63,914 nucleotides of DNA from Octopus bimaculoides (Eukaryota): the NCBI RefSeq assembly GCF_001194135.2, contig NC_068984.1:82033949-82097862 (forward strand). The letters run 5' to 3'. The notes under the pieces were generated by a model, which was not told where the DNA came from, ran no database searches, and saw only the letters and a program-made list of their open reading frames with translations. Of this stretch, positions 11,716 through 25,800 are shown piece by piece. Numbering within the stretch: position 1 is the first letter of the stretch; each line of letters opens with the position of its first letter. The translations under genes were made by a program, and so were the position numbers.

Positions 11716-14700
11716 GTAAGTACATTTCAATGCAATTCTCTTTTTTTTTTCTTCGCCCAGAGAGTAGTTTGCTTAGTATAAGTTTAACTAGAACAAAAAG
11801 AATAAAACGTAAACATACATTCAGTTGTCACTGCTTATATATAAGTATGTATATTTGTATAATATATGTATAATATTCAGTACGATTGTAATCTGGGTTC
11901 AATTTCCAGTCGGCACTCTTATAAAATCTCGCCGCTCATGGGAAAGGCATGAACGTTAGAATATCCCATGTAGAACTTCTATAACTTATTGCATCACAGT
12001 AAATGTATATTTTTGTTTAAAACGTTAACCAAACATTTAAAATATGCTTAAACGCCCAACCTTTGCAGCGATCGTTCTTGTTAACTAACGGTCGTAAACT
12101 CTTAGAAAAATACCAACAGAAACAAGTATAATACAATAGGTTCAAACGTTATTAGATTTTCTTAAAGAACACACAATAATTTTTCGGACATGTATATTTA
12201 ATATTAAAAATATATACTTTATAGATCCATTATAGTCATCTTCACAAGAATCTTGTGTTGGCGACGGAGCATGAAATAATGTATAGAACTCTCCTAAAGA
12301 ATGTGTCATTGCCTATATTGGATCGATTGTTGAACATACATATCTAAGCATCATTATCCTTTTTTCATAGTTTTTTTTTTAAGAAAATTTAATGACGATC
12401 GCGTTTGTATTATTCTGGCTTCTATTTAAATGTTTTTTTGAGTTTACAGCCCATAATGGGAAGAATCGCCGTTTTCTTTCTTTCAATTGAAGATCATCAA
12501 ATCAAATCACTATAAACATTCCTTCCTGGTGTATAACATAATAGGTTGTAACTAACAAATTACAAGATGTATATGTGTGTGTTACACACACATGCACATA
12601 CATACATACATACATATCTTGTAGATACATACATAACTGAACATACACACACACGTTTATGTTTATTTTTCTCTTGCTAAAGCATTACAATCCGTATACC
12701 AGAAGTTTGTAGTAAATAGGTTACAAACCCATACTTTTTGGTTTTATCAGCATGTTTATCAGTTTGCGACAGTATTCAGTGTAACTGAATTCTGTCGACC
12801 ACATCACTCTATGAAAACATTTGCTGCAAACCTTGCTTTTCACATATTCTTTCAATAAAATTTTAGTTCTTGTGATGTGAATGATATTATGATGTGAGGA
12901 GCAGTAAATACAAAAGCATTAAGTTCTATCATATTGGTTTTGAAAGCTTTATGGATATGATATACTATGAAAAATTTATTCTTTTTCTCATGCAGCTAGT
13001 TATTTGATATCGTATTTTGTGGGTGGAAAAAGCGTCTTTGGTTACATGTTTCCAACGAGCTAATTACAGGGTACACAACATTAATGACAGCCGGGCAGTG
13101 AGACGGATTTTGGGAATATAGGTCTCTCGTTTCATACTTCCTGGGAAACGAGAAGTAGTTTTCACTTTCTTTTTTCCTTTTTTAAGTACTTTTGTGTTTC
13201 ATATAACAGAAATTACTATTCTGAAATCTTTTTTACCAAAAATTTCAAATTTTCACATTTTTACTCCCTTCATACTTCCATACCCTTTTCCTCTTCCATG
13301 AGGTATTGGACTTCGTAGGGCAGTTATTCCAAAACTCCGCCGACAAGGAATTCTTTGTGCAACACACACACACACACTCGCGCGCGCACGCACGCACACA
13401 CACACACACACACGCACAGAGGATGGGATTTCGAAGTTTCCGTCTGTCAAATTCTGCTCGCAAGACATTAGCTAATCGGGAATATGGTAAGACTTGCCCT
13501 AAGTGTTTAACAAGGGTATTGAACATAGAACTAAGTAGTTGTGAAGCAAATTCCTAACTACACAACCAGTGGTCGATTGCGTCATCTACACCACCAATCG
13601 GTATTGCCTAAAACTTTCAACCAACAGAGCTTATTGGAGTTGTCTCCCTTGTTTACCGTTTTCAGAGTTTAAACATTACTAGAAGGAGCTTTTATCTACT
13701 AATTGCTCCTCTGAGATATTTTCTTCAGCCATATTGTTACTATTCATAATCACATTCCCTCTAACTCCATATATATTGATCATGCTTGCCAACAGAGTAG
13801 AATATGCTTTGCCGAGGATACCTAATAAGGCTGAAACATGTCTGTCACTATCACCAGTTGGTTTTAAAGATCAGATCTACTCCAGTCTCCAATGTAGTGT
13901 TCAACATTTTTGATAACTGGTATTGAAGTTATCTCCCTTAGTTGTTTTTAGATATTAAAAATCTCTTAGTGTAGCCCCTGACCTTTCTTAAAATTAACAG
14001 GTTTCATTTAGGACAATTTTTTTCTCAGACTGTGGGATCATGTATGTAACAAAACACAATAAAGTGCATAATATATACTTTAACTATTACTTATATAAAG
14101 CAAATGTTCTACTGTCAGATACATTATATTTCAGCAGCAGTAGAACTGTTAGTATGGTATACAAATTGTTATTAAATAAGATAATGTTAAACATCCTATT
14201 TTCTAGTAATAATAATTAAGATAATAGTAACAATGGTTTGTGATGCAGATGACTTTTCATGTGAAGGATGTAAAAATAGTGGCCATAAGAACTGATTTCC
14301 TTCATATTTCTGAGAAATCCATAATGTCATTATCCTGTTATGATCTGTTAAATAACATCCTGTTCACTTGGTTTCTTCTTTACACAATTCACATAAAAAA
14401 ATTACTTCATACTGCTACACTCAACCACACAAATTTGGGTACCTTTTCTGGAAAAGTACAGTATTTTCTCAGTTGTCATTTTAATCTTTTCGTCAAACTT
14501 GATCCAGGAAGTTCTGTCATAAACTCCATGGGTCAGAAGTTTATTTCCCTTAGCAAATATTTATGATCTAGTTATTTACCTGTAAATAGATTTAATACCA
14601 CCACCTGGTCATTGAGTGCCTTTAGCTGAGTCCTCTGTGTTGCAAGCATTCAGAACAGGTTTTCTATCTGAAGTTTCTTCCTCCCTTTCTCCAGTCTCTA

Positions 14701-17700
14701 CAGACACAAAGTAAAGTGGGGACATATAAAACGTGCAGTTACGCTGATGTGCACTCACATTTTAGCTAGAGCTTGTTTACCAAACAATATATTGAGTCAC
14801 TAAAAGTGTTTACCTTCATATCTTTTGACTGAAATGTCTCACTTAACTGATAATCATACTGGCTCTGTCTATATTTGCTCCATTTTAGATTTTATTCATT
14901 AGGAAGTCAGATAAATAGGTTTATTCTTCCAGATACTCCTGAGTAACCCCTGATAAAGCAAACCTGAAATCAAAGGTGTTTCAGCCATGATCAACCCATT
15001 CTTTCATATATCTAAAACTACATTATCCAGTGTGTCTTTATTATTAATACTAGCAGAAAGACTGCCCTCCGAGTGGTTTTCTGCTAGCCACTTGGTAATG
15101 TTTTCATGTTTGATTCCCAATTCTAATAATTTTTATGATATTTTATGTCTAATTATTTCTTTGTAATAGTGCTCACTTGCTTAGTAAATATTGCTTTCAT
15201 TATTTTATCACAGTCAGAATCTCTCTTTTTAAACAAGCATCAAGGTAGTCCAACTACGGAGGGGGAAGCAGTTTGTCATGTTTTACCTTCCCTCAAAGCA
15301 ACATAGAGATTTCAATTTAGCAGCCCATCTATTAAGTTTGGAGTGTGTGTGCATGAGAGAGAGGACATTGCAAACAATGAATGAAATAAACATGAAATGA
15401 TAAAATCATATAAATAAAAGGGCATAACTATAGATGTATACACCCCTAACTTTGTTGCCTCATAACATCCAGAAAAATAGATACTTTTTAATGAAATTTT
15501 CTACAACTACTGCTTAAATGTTGTGGCTTCAGAGTATATAGGGATTTATGGGACTAAGCTGGAACAGCACCATAGAAAAAAGAGCAGGTGGACTAATGTG
15601 ACTGAAGCTAGACATCTCTTGTTTGCCAGTTGATTGCTTTACTAATTACATTGCAAATAATTTCTATTTCATCTAACAATCTACTGGATACCAAACAGAT
15701 TGAGGTGGATTTATAACTCAAGTAAAGATTTTCAAGCTGAGATTTTTGAGGAGTTTATCTCAGTTTTCAAAGGAAGAATGATTAACATTTGTTTTTAATG
15801 GAGCTACATTAATCTATTGTTACTGGATTAGTCCCTAAAATGATTTACACCCAACACTTGAAGCTAACAAAATATTCTTCAGTTATAAGTGATATATTTT
15901 GCAGTGATGGACTGTACCTTATTAATGTACCTATCTATTCTACAGTTAAGTTGACAAGCCAAAGATGGGGCATTGGGAGTACTTAAACGTGTTAGAAGCA
16001 GCAGCCAAATTTCACAGATCTGCTAAGTGAAGGTTGATCTGAACCTAAAGAACAACAAGAGCAACTGCTAGGTGGGCTGGATTAGTCAGAATTGTTGACC
16101 ATTTGGTCAACAGGCTGATACATTTTTTAACTTGTCTAGATATGTCTTTCTCTGTGAATTTGTGGTATTAAATATATACAATATTTTATATTGTGCTCTA
16201 GATTAGTAATAGACATGGTTAAGTTTTATACAGTAGTGTTATTTTTATGTAATAGCAATAGACTTTTTAAAGAATTTTTCCAAATTTATCCCAGCCATTA
16301 TGAATTTTTTAGTCATCAATTTAATTGACTATCAACTCAGATTAAAGTGATGATGTGGCAGATTTTATCTATTTATATTTACATTCATGCAATTTGTGCT
16401 ATGTCATTCCAGTGAATATTCAATCATTTATTACATTCTCTACGTTCGTCCTTTATCACACCGTATATTGGTTTAAGATGACAAAAATAGAGGCAAATTT
16501 GTGACTCTAATCCTTATAGAAGAAGTGTTAGAGTTGAGGTTAATATTTTTACCCTGTAGTTGAAGTATTGTTTGATAATTTTGCATTGTTGTTTAAGAGA
16601 CTTGGTTGATATGGCAGATTTGGTTGTTTACCTATTCATGGGTCATGAGTCCAAATACACTGCTGGCGTTTGGTGTGTTTCTAGGCAGAACACTATTATA
16701 CATTGCCTCAGTTCACCTACCTGTTAGCAGGAATAGATAAGAATACAAGATCTCTTGGAAATGAGGATCATTACTTGCAGTAAACTGATAGGTTATCCAG
16801 GGAGCTGGTGTATTTTACCTCTGCTTCACACCATAAAACCAGAAATAATTATTGACCCTGGGGACTTAGGAAGCATTATAAATTACAAATAACACTTGAC
16901 AAGTAATCTATATAAATGGCAATTTCTGTTTACTTAGATATCAATGAATCATCAAATATCAGTACATTTTAAAACCCAACTTGGATACAGTAGCTACTGT
17001 GTTCATATTAAAAATATACTTTGATAGTTGAACATTTTATAAAACCTTCAGTTTATGGTACAGTTGCTAACATTATACACTTGAATTATTAATAATAATT
17101 GAACTGGAAATTCCGCTCATGAATTCCTTTTTCTATGACAACAGTAATTAAAATTACAAATAGCTTATAAATGAAACAAAACATAATCTTTATAACTCAC
17201 AATATAGATTGTTTTGTTAAATAGTTAATGTAGTTATTATGTTACTTAATCCTTTACAATACCCTAGTATTATATACAAATATTAACTGTACTTAACTAA
17301 TCTGCTAAGGAAGTCTCGAAAGACAACAGAGTGTCATAAAACCTCTACAAGAAAATGAAAGTGAAGAGTATGTAGAGGATAAGGTAAAATGGAGAAGGCT
17401 GTCATGGGACTTGCGAAACTAACCCCTACTTTAGCCTGGGAAATGATTTTAAATGCTTATTGTTGTGTGTGGTTGGGATAGTGTGCTTTTGGGTGGCACT
17501 ATATTTGTGCTATGAGGATGTGGATATGTCCAGGTGTTAGAGAGTGATTTTACATGTAGTGGAAAGGACCATACTGGAGCTTGCTATGACAATAAACTGC
17601 TCATCACACATCTAGATGTCCTTTTCTTAAGATGGTAGGAGATGATTAAAGAGGACTTACTTGCTATTTCTTGCAGGTCAAATAACTATGTAGATACCAC

Positions 17701-18826
17701 CTCTTTGACTTAGTATTTTTGTTTCCTAGTATGAGTGATAAAACACACACTTACACATACAATGCAGAGAGAGAAAGAGAGGACAGGGAGATAGACAGAC
17801 AAATGTTCTTACATATGGCTGTCATCATCACCTTCCATGGTTGCATATGTTGGACAGAGTTTATTGAGGCAGATTTTGCTGTAGCCAGATGCTCTTCCTG
17901 TCACAAACCCTCACCTGTTTCCCAAGCAAAGAAATAATGACACTGTTTGTATGACAGTAACAATCATTTACAACTATCACACACTATTAAGACAAGAAGA
18001 CACAAACACACATGTGTGTGTGCGCACACTCCTCCCACCCCACCACACAAAATTAGCTTCTTTCTGTTTCCATCTATCAAATCTACTTACAAGGCTTTTG
18101 GTTGATACAGCACTATAATAGAGGACACTTGCCCAAGGTGTCATGCAGTGGGACTGAACCCAGAATCATGTGGTTGAGAAGCAAATATCTTATCACACAG
18201 CCACACCTGTAAAACAATAAAAATAGTAGTCAGTGACTAGAACATAGACCTTCTTAGCCCATCCAAAAGGGTTAAGTGGGTTTATACAGAATGTTACTTG
18301 AGTAGCACAAGTAACATTCTGCAAACATTATGTGAATGTAGGCTAATTACATAATAGTATTGTCTTGTATGTATTTTTTTAACAGAATAACACCAACCAT
18401 TGACCATTAATTTTTATTTTGGAGAGAAACCTTCATTTGTAATATATGTTTTTTAAATATTTCTCTCATAATTTTTTTCTGTTTTGTAGATGTCTACCAG
18501 TGAACGTGACGATGCTAGAAAAGAAGTAAGTATGAACTTAATTTTAACAAGTTATGTCATTGTGCCTGCAGTTTTTGAGCAGTCCTATGATAAAATACGC
18601 TCCAGTTGAGACCATGCCATTTTTTCAGCTGTAGTGTCTCTAGGAATGTATTACTCTTCTACTTGTTTCAGTCATTTGACTGTGGCCATGCTGGAGCACC
18701 GCCTTTAGTCGAGCAAATCAACCCCAGGACTTATTCTTTGTAAGCCTAGTATTTACTTATTCTATCGGTTTCTTTTGCTGAACTGCTAAGTTACGGGGAC
18801 GTAAAGACACAAACATACACATACAC

Positions 18827-18862
<36 letters not shown>

Positions 18863-19774
18863 ATAATATTAGGGACAAAATCCAAAATTACAGGTAAAAA
18901 CTCAATTAAAATCAATTTNNNNNNNNNNNNNNNNNNNNNNNNNNNNNNNNNNNNNNNNNNNNNNNNNNNNNNNNNNNNNNNNNNNNNNNNNNNNNNNNNN
19001 NNNNNNNNNNNNNNNNNNNNNNNNNNNNNNNNNNNNNNNNNNNNNNNNNNNNNNNNNNNNNNNNNNNNNNNNNNNNNNNNNNNNNNNNNNNNNNNNNNNN
19101 NNNNNNNNNNNNNNNNNNNNNNNNNNNNNNNNNNNNNNNNNNNNNNNNNNNNNNNNNNNNNNNNNNNNNNNNNNNNNNNNNNNNNNNNNNNNNNNNNNNN
19201 NNNNNNNNNNNNNNNNNNNNNNNNNNNNNNNNNNNNNNNNNNNNNNNNNNNNNNNNNNNNNNNNNNNNNNNNNNNNNNNNNNNNNNNNNNNNNNNNNNNN
19301 NNNNNNNNNNNNNNNNNNNNNNNNNNNNNNNNNNNNNNNNNNNNNNNNNNNNNNNNNNNNNNNNNNNNNNNNNNNNNNNNNNNNNNNNNNNNNNNNNNNN
19401 NNNNNNNNNNNNNNNNNNNNNNNNNNNNNNNNNNNNNNNNNNNNNNNNNNNNNNNNNNNNNNNNNNNNNNNNNNNNNNNNNNNNNNNNNNNNNNNNNNNN
19501 NNNNNNNNNNNNNNNNNNNNNNNNNNNNNNNNNNNNNNNNNNNNNNNNNNNNNNNNNNNNNNNNNNNNNNNNNNNNNNNNNNNNNNNNNNNNNNNNNNNN
19601 NNNNNNNNNNNNNNNNNNNNNNNNNNNNNNNNNNNNNNNNNNNNNNNNNNNNNNNNNNNNNNNNNNNNNNNNNNNNNNNNNNNNNNNNNNNNNNNNNNNN
19701 NNNNNNNNNNNNNNNNNNNNNNNNNNNNNNNNNNNNNNNNNNNNNNNNNNNNNNNNNNNNNNNNNNNNNNNNNN

Positions 19775-19819
<45 letters not shown>

Positions 19820-22800
19820 TACGACGGGTTTCTTTCAGTTTCCGTCTGCCAAATCCACTTACAAGGTTTTGGTCGGCCCAAGGCTATAGTAGAAGACTAA
19901 AAATAGTAGGGTGTGATGTGAAAGAAATTTCATTGTTATTTCTAGTAGATCAAGGGACCGTGTTAAGATTCACTCATTTATTCATATACTTATAATACAA
20001 CTGGTGGAGGGTTAGTTTTTATGCATGTAGCAGAGTGTTCTTTAGTTAGATTACTTCTACATATTTTTTAGCTTGAATCAATGATGCTGAAATATATTTT
20101 AATGTTAGCCTATTAACCTAGTTGTGAAAGAAATATGAATATAAACACATTCCTCCTATGCTTTTGATGTTTTGAAAAATGAGATGCAGATCTCTTGATG
20201 GGCCATTTTTATGGTTTGCTGACTGCACCTCAGAGAAGATGTTCCTAGTTTTCTTTCTTAATTAATAGCATAGACTCTTCAACTGCTATATAAAATATTC
20301 ACAAATTAGACTATCAATGTAGCGGGTAGCTTCCTTTGTAATTTCAATGGCTTGTCGTTAATCAAACAATACATATTTTTTGCACAACAAACATTAAGCA
20401 GAAGTTCTGAAATAAATTTAAATATTAGAAAACTTAGCTGTGAGAGAAATATAAATGTAAGCTTAGTCTTCTTTTGTTTTTGCTGAGTGGGATAGTCACT
20501 TAAGGAGATTTACTTTGAATGAATTTCTTTGAGAAGAAGCAAGAAATTCTTGGTAGGAATCAAATCTATAGAAAATTTTTTGGAATATATGTTTATAGCC
20601 GCTACAACTCTTTTCTATTGGTTCCTCCTCCTCCTGCAAATAAACTAGGTGGTAAACAAAGTGACTTAATGGTCACTGGTTCCTAGATGAAAAAATATTT
20701 CCCCTTAGTACCAAATAGAAATATATTAGTGGAGTGTGGGTGGGTGGATAATGTTGTAGACAATGGATAATGTTGTAGAATGGCTGGTGGCACTAAACAA
20801 AAATCAAGCAAAGTACTATGTACTACATCTAATCATAGACTTATGAAATTTGCTACTAGATTTGAGTTAAAATTTCATAGCAGCTAATAGATGAAAGAAA
20901 ACATGATGGTGCTCCAGTATGGCCACAGCCTTTAGGGCTGAAATGTATAAAAGAATAGTAAATTATGTAGGTGGAGTATCAAGGATAGTTTTGTGGAAAC
21001 ATGCAAGGTAGTGGTCCATGGCTTGATGACCTCTTGATGTGTCAAGATCATTGACCTGAAGTTCCTTTTTTCCAGTCAATGATTTACTTGCATCAGAAAG
21101 TTGTCAGTGTGACGCTCTGAGACAAGAACAGCATTTGAAGGAAAATCATTACACTGGAATATATTTTTGTTGACTTTATTTTATCTGAAGCTTGTGTTTG
21201 CAATGACTTGTAAATTTTAAAAACATGTATTTATATTTCTTTATCTACTCTTGTAATTACTCTTTTAAAGCAATCATAACTGCATTTAAAACATAAATCC
21301 AAAGAAATTTTTGAATGAAAGAATTGTTTTTAAAATTACAGCGGGGTGCTTTTTTGAAACTCCATTTTTCTTTACATTTTCTTTTTTTTGTTTTTTTTCA
21401 AGTGCAGCCTTGTCAGATAACTTTTAACTTTAGTGTAACTTTCCAACATAAGAATGCTCCGTGCCACTGTCATAGTTAAGTTAGTATTTATATACCTCAA
21501 AATGTGAAGTACATTGAAAAGCTAACCAGAAATAAATATGCAATGATGAAAAACAATATCAGTCATTAATTATTTAGGTAAATGAAGGAGACAACTCCAG
21601 ATATGTTTCAGTTTTACTGTAAGCTCCTTAGCTGATGAAAGAATCTCTTGAGTAAATGTACAAGCTTCTACACAGTTAGATTAGTAAAAAAGAATTATTT
21701 CGAGAGTACATATCAGAGAGATGCCCTCCTCATAAACTGTTTTGCTTTATTACTATTCTTGTTATAGGGTGATGGTTGTCAGAGTTAGTAGTGCAAGAGA
21801 CAGTGCATCATGGTATTTAGTTACATCCCTTTCATTCTAAGTTGATTAAACTAAGTCAAGAACTGAGGATGAATATTATTGACTGTTCCCCAAAATAAGT
21901 AGTCATATTCCTATATTAGGGATCATTATTACTATTCTTGTGTTTTTTTTTTCTCTTCTCAAGGTCGCAATGCTGGCAACTCTCAAACACAAAAACATTG
22001 TTTCCTATTTCGAGTCTTTTGAAGGTAATTTTTTGTTTTCTTGACTTTTTATTTATATTTTATTTTTAATGTGATGGCTGAATATAAATTTATAATGATT
22101 ACTTAGTTAAATTATTGGAATATTAACAGTGACTGCTGTTGTTCAGTTCTTTCTCAGCCCTAATCAATCAAAATTGTGATCAAAAACATTCCTCCCATAA
22201 CCATTCTAGGACAAGTAATGGTAAGTGCTGAGGTCAGATCTTGAGAAGGGCTTCACAGGCTAGAATGAGAAGATTGGGTGCAGCTGTTTTGATGCTGATG
22301 ATTTGGCATCGCTGACTGGATATTCAGTCTGTTTTGGTGCTAGATGCTAAAATACACATACATGTATGCTGAAATATACACATACAGATAGAAAGAGAGA
22401 GGCATGACAATTTATTAATTGAACATGCTTGACATGAATGCTTTACCTCTTCTCATACGCATAGAGAAATATGCTTATACACATAAACAGAGAGAGAGAG
22501 AGAGATGGGGAGAGAATGAGAGAAACATTAAAATATCTTATGCCAAATAAGCAACACCAAAACAAGTGCCAAACTATCTCTAACCCTTCACAGACAATAA
22601 TGGTGCAGGATCTTGAAAGAGATCCAGGTGACAACTGAGAGAACTAGCCATTAGGTATGGCTGAAAAGGAATGATGTAACTTGGTTGGAGAAGTGAAGAT
22701 CTCAAAATGGACTTAAAGCTGTATACCAGTCGAACATGAGGTGGGGCCTCACATCAATGAGGATGTGCTGGTGCATTGTAAAGCTGTCAAGATGAAGGCC

Positions 22801-25800
22801 TCAAAATGGTGCACATTCTTTCCTGATGACACATGAAACCTACTAGCATTTGGTATGCAGAGTTTTCAACTGTCTACACTTGCACAAGCAAGCTGTTTCC
22901 AGATCTCTATACAACAGATTTATCCAATCCATGTCAGCGTTGAAGTGCAGCATATATGACGACGACAACACTGCCATTGACTCTGCAATAGCAGAAACAG
23001 CAATAATAGTAGTAATAGTTCAAATAGTAGAATAAATGTAATACTGAGCAGAAGGAGGAGGTAATAAGAGACACTGTGCAAACATGCAAACACAAGTAGT
23101 AATAGGTGAGATATGTACATTAAGTTTTAGGTTGCTATTTGCTGAAAAACCCCTTATGATGCACAAAGTTTGTCTTTTGTCTCACTGATATGAATGTTGT
23201 TGCTTTTTATGTTGTTATTTTCATTATCAATAACACAGACCTTTTGTTTTGCAGAACCCTTTGTGTATCGTCTTTTGTTGTCCTTTAATGTTTTGATTTA
23301 TATTAGCCCTTGTGGCCAATAAAAAGAATTAATTATTATTATTATGATTATGATGATGATGATGATGGTGGCAACGACAATGATGACGGCAACGGCGATG
23401 ATGATGACATTTAGGTTTATCATTTCTAAAAGTAAACTTGGCAGTCATTATGAAGTGTCTACCTTGTTTGTCCTTGCTTTATCATGTGTGTGCTTATTTA
23501 TGAAACATGAATTATTTACTTTTAAAAGTAGTAAAACAGCCTGTGCACATCAATGATTCATTGAATAAATTAATCATTTTTAGTATAACGCATTGTAGAA
23601 CAAGAGGTAAGCTTTTAGTGTGTTGAGTTCCTGACCTGATTCTGATTTCCAATGTAGCTGTCTTCTATTGCAAGTGCCCTTCAGAAAGGTACATACATAT
23701 CTTCTCTATAAATCTTAAATAAGTGTATCTGTATAAGAAATTAATATTTTATTCACCTTGTGCAAGTCTGATTAAGTCAATTATTTGACTGTCTATAATC
23801 AAAAGTATCAATTCAGTGGTGATCAACCTTATTACATTTTGGAGAGAGGAAAACAGATGTTGCAACATTCATGCTTTTCCCAGGTATTTAGCTATGCAAA
23901 TAAAGGGAAATATTACAATTGAGAATTGAAACAAGTTCATATATTTGGCTTATTGATGCTTAACCTTCTATACAATGTATATCCTTGGCGCTTAATTTAG
24001 GATATATATATCATCATCATCATCGTTTAACGTCCACTTTCCATGCTAGCATGAGTTTGATGATTTGACTGAGGACTGGCAAACCAGATGGCTACACCAG
24101 GCTCCAATCTGATCTGGCAGAGTTTCTACAGCTGAGGCCCTTCCTAACGCCAACCACTCCAAGAGTGTAGTGGGTACTTTTTACGTGCCACCAGCACAAG
24201 GGCCAGTCAGGCGGTACTGGCAATGGCCACACTCAAAATGGTGTTTTTTATGTACCACCTGCACAGGAGCTAGTCCAGCGGCACTGGCAACGACCTCGCT
24301 TGAATGGTTTTTCACTTGCCACCGGTATAAGTGCCAGCAAGGGGACGCTGGCAACGATCACGCTCAAATGGTGCTATTTACATGCCACCGGCACGGAAGC
24401 GAGACAGCTGCTCTGGCAATGATCACGCTCAGACGGTGCTGTTAGCACTCCACTGGCGCAGGTGCCAGTCATCGAATTTGGTTCAATTACGATTTCGATT
24501 TCACTTGCCCCAACAAGTCGTCGCAAGCAGAGTTTAGTGTCCAATGAAGGAAAGGTATGCATAAGTAGGCTGGCTACACCCCTGGCAAAGGCCACGGATT
24601 ATGGTCTCACTTGGCTTGCAGNNNNNNNNNNATGGAGGTTATGAGAGGTAATGGCGTCACAAAGACCCAAAGGTGTCAGGTAACGCTGAGTAAATGCTAT
24701 GGATAGACCATAGTTATGCTCCAGGTTCGGTGATTATGCGAATAAGGAGTCCAACGTAGATCATATATCAGCATGTGTATATATAAAAAATTTTCAGAAT
24801 GAGATAAAGATCCAAGGCTGTGAAAGATTTTAGAACATTTATAAATGGAAGGTCTTACAGATGTTTCGGGGATATTTTATATATCCCTTCATCGGAGACA
24901 GTGTGAGAAAATGGTTAAGCAATAGTTAATTTAGATAAGATATGAAATAGAGAGTGAAGTGAAGGAATGAAAATAGATGTGAGATATGCATGGATATTGC
25001 ATCTGTAGATCCATTATTTAGGCAGAATGGTAATCCTAAAAAAGTGACCTTGATTCAATAACACTGTTTACAAACTCTATACTTGGAATAACCAATTTTT
25101 AAATACTATTGGAACTTGCTCACAATATTGTGTAGTCGACAAATCAAAAACAAACAGTGTGCATGTGCAAAATTAAAAATATAAAATGACGACAATTTAC
25201 CCATCGCACCCTGTATATCTACAACATACACACAAATACATACTGATTTTTGCTTAGGCATAGCAGTACTAATGACCTGTCAGAATTCAATACACATATG
25301 CTTCAGAATAAAGCATTAGACAAGTACATTGTGTAATGTGAATTAATTGAATGACAAGGGAGCAACAATTATATTATCAACTTCATTAGGTTACAGTTTT
25401 TTCAGCTATAAGAAGCAATGCACCTAGAGCTCAATGCTTGTGCATCATCTTATAACATCTTCAGAGCCTTTAAAATTTTTTTTAAGGCTATGTGAAAGCT
25501 ATAAAACGATGCACAAGCACTCAGCTCTGGGTGCATTGCTTTATATAGCAGAAACAGCTTTAAGCTAATGGAGTTAATTACTCAATTCCTGTTACTCTGT
25601 CATTCACATAATTCACACACACATGCGTGCATGCGTGCGCGCATTTATTATTTCATTTCTCTTTCTGCATCTTCTTCATTGTAGAATAAACCTTGATATC
25701 ATATCTAGAACTTCATATCAATTTTTTATCTTTTCTGTTAATTATATTTTTGTTTGCTTCTAGAATCTGGTCGGCTCTATATTGTTATGACATATTGTGA

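Noticed and set aside
13125-13153. 9-bp perfect hairpin tctcgtttc/gaaacgaga
   Set aside because: Short enough to arise by chance; no Helitron CTRR end or ribozyme core beside it
13808-13848. Hammerhead-like string ccgagga..cc taataa gg ctgaaacatgtc (similar strings near 14950, 21600 and 53400)
   Set aside because: Stem I does not pair and the core is altered; at most very old remnants
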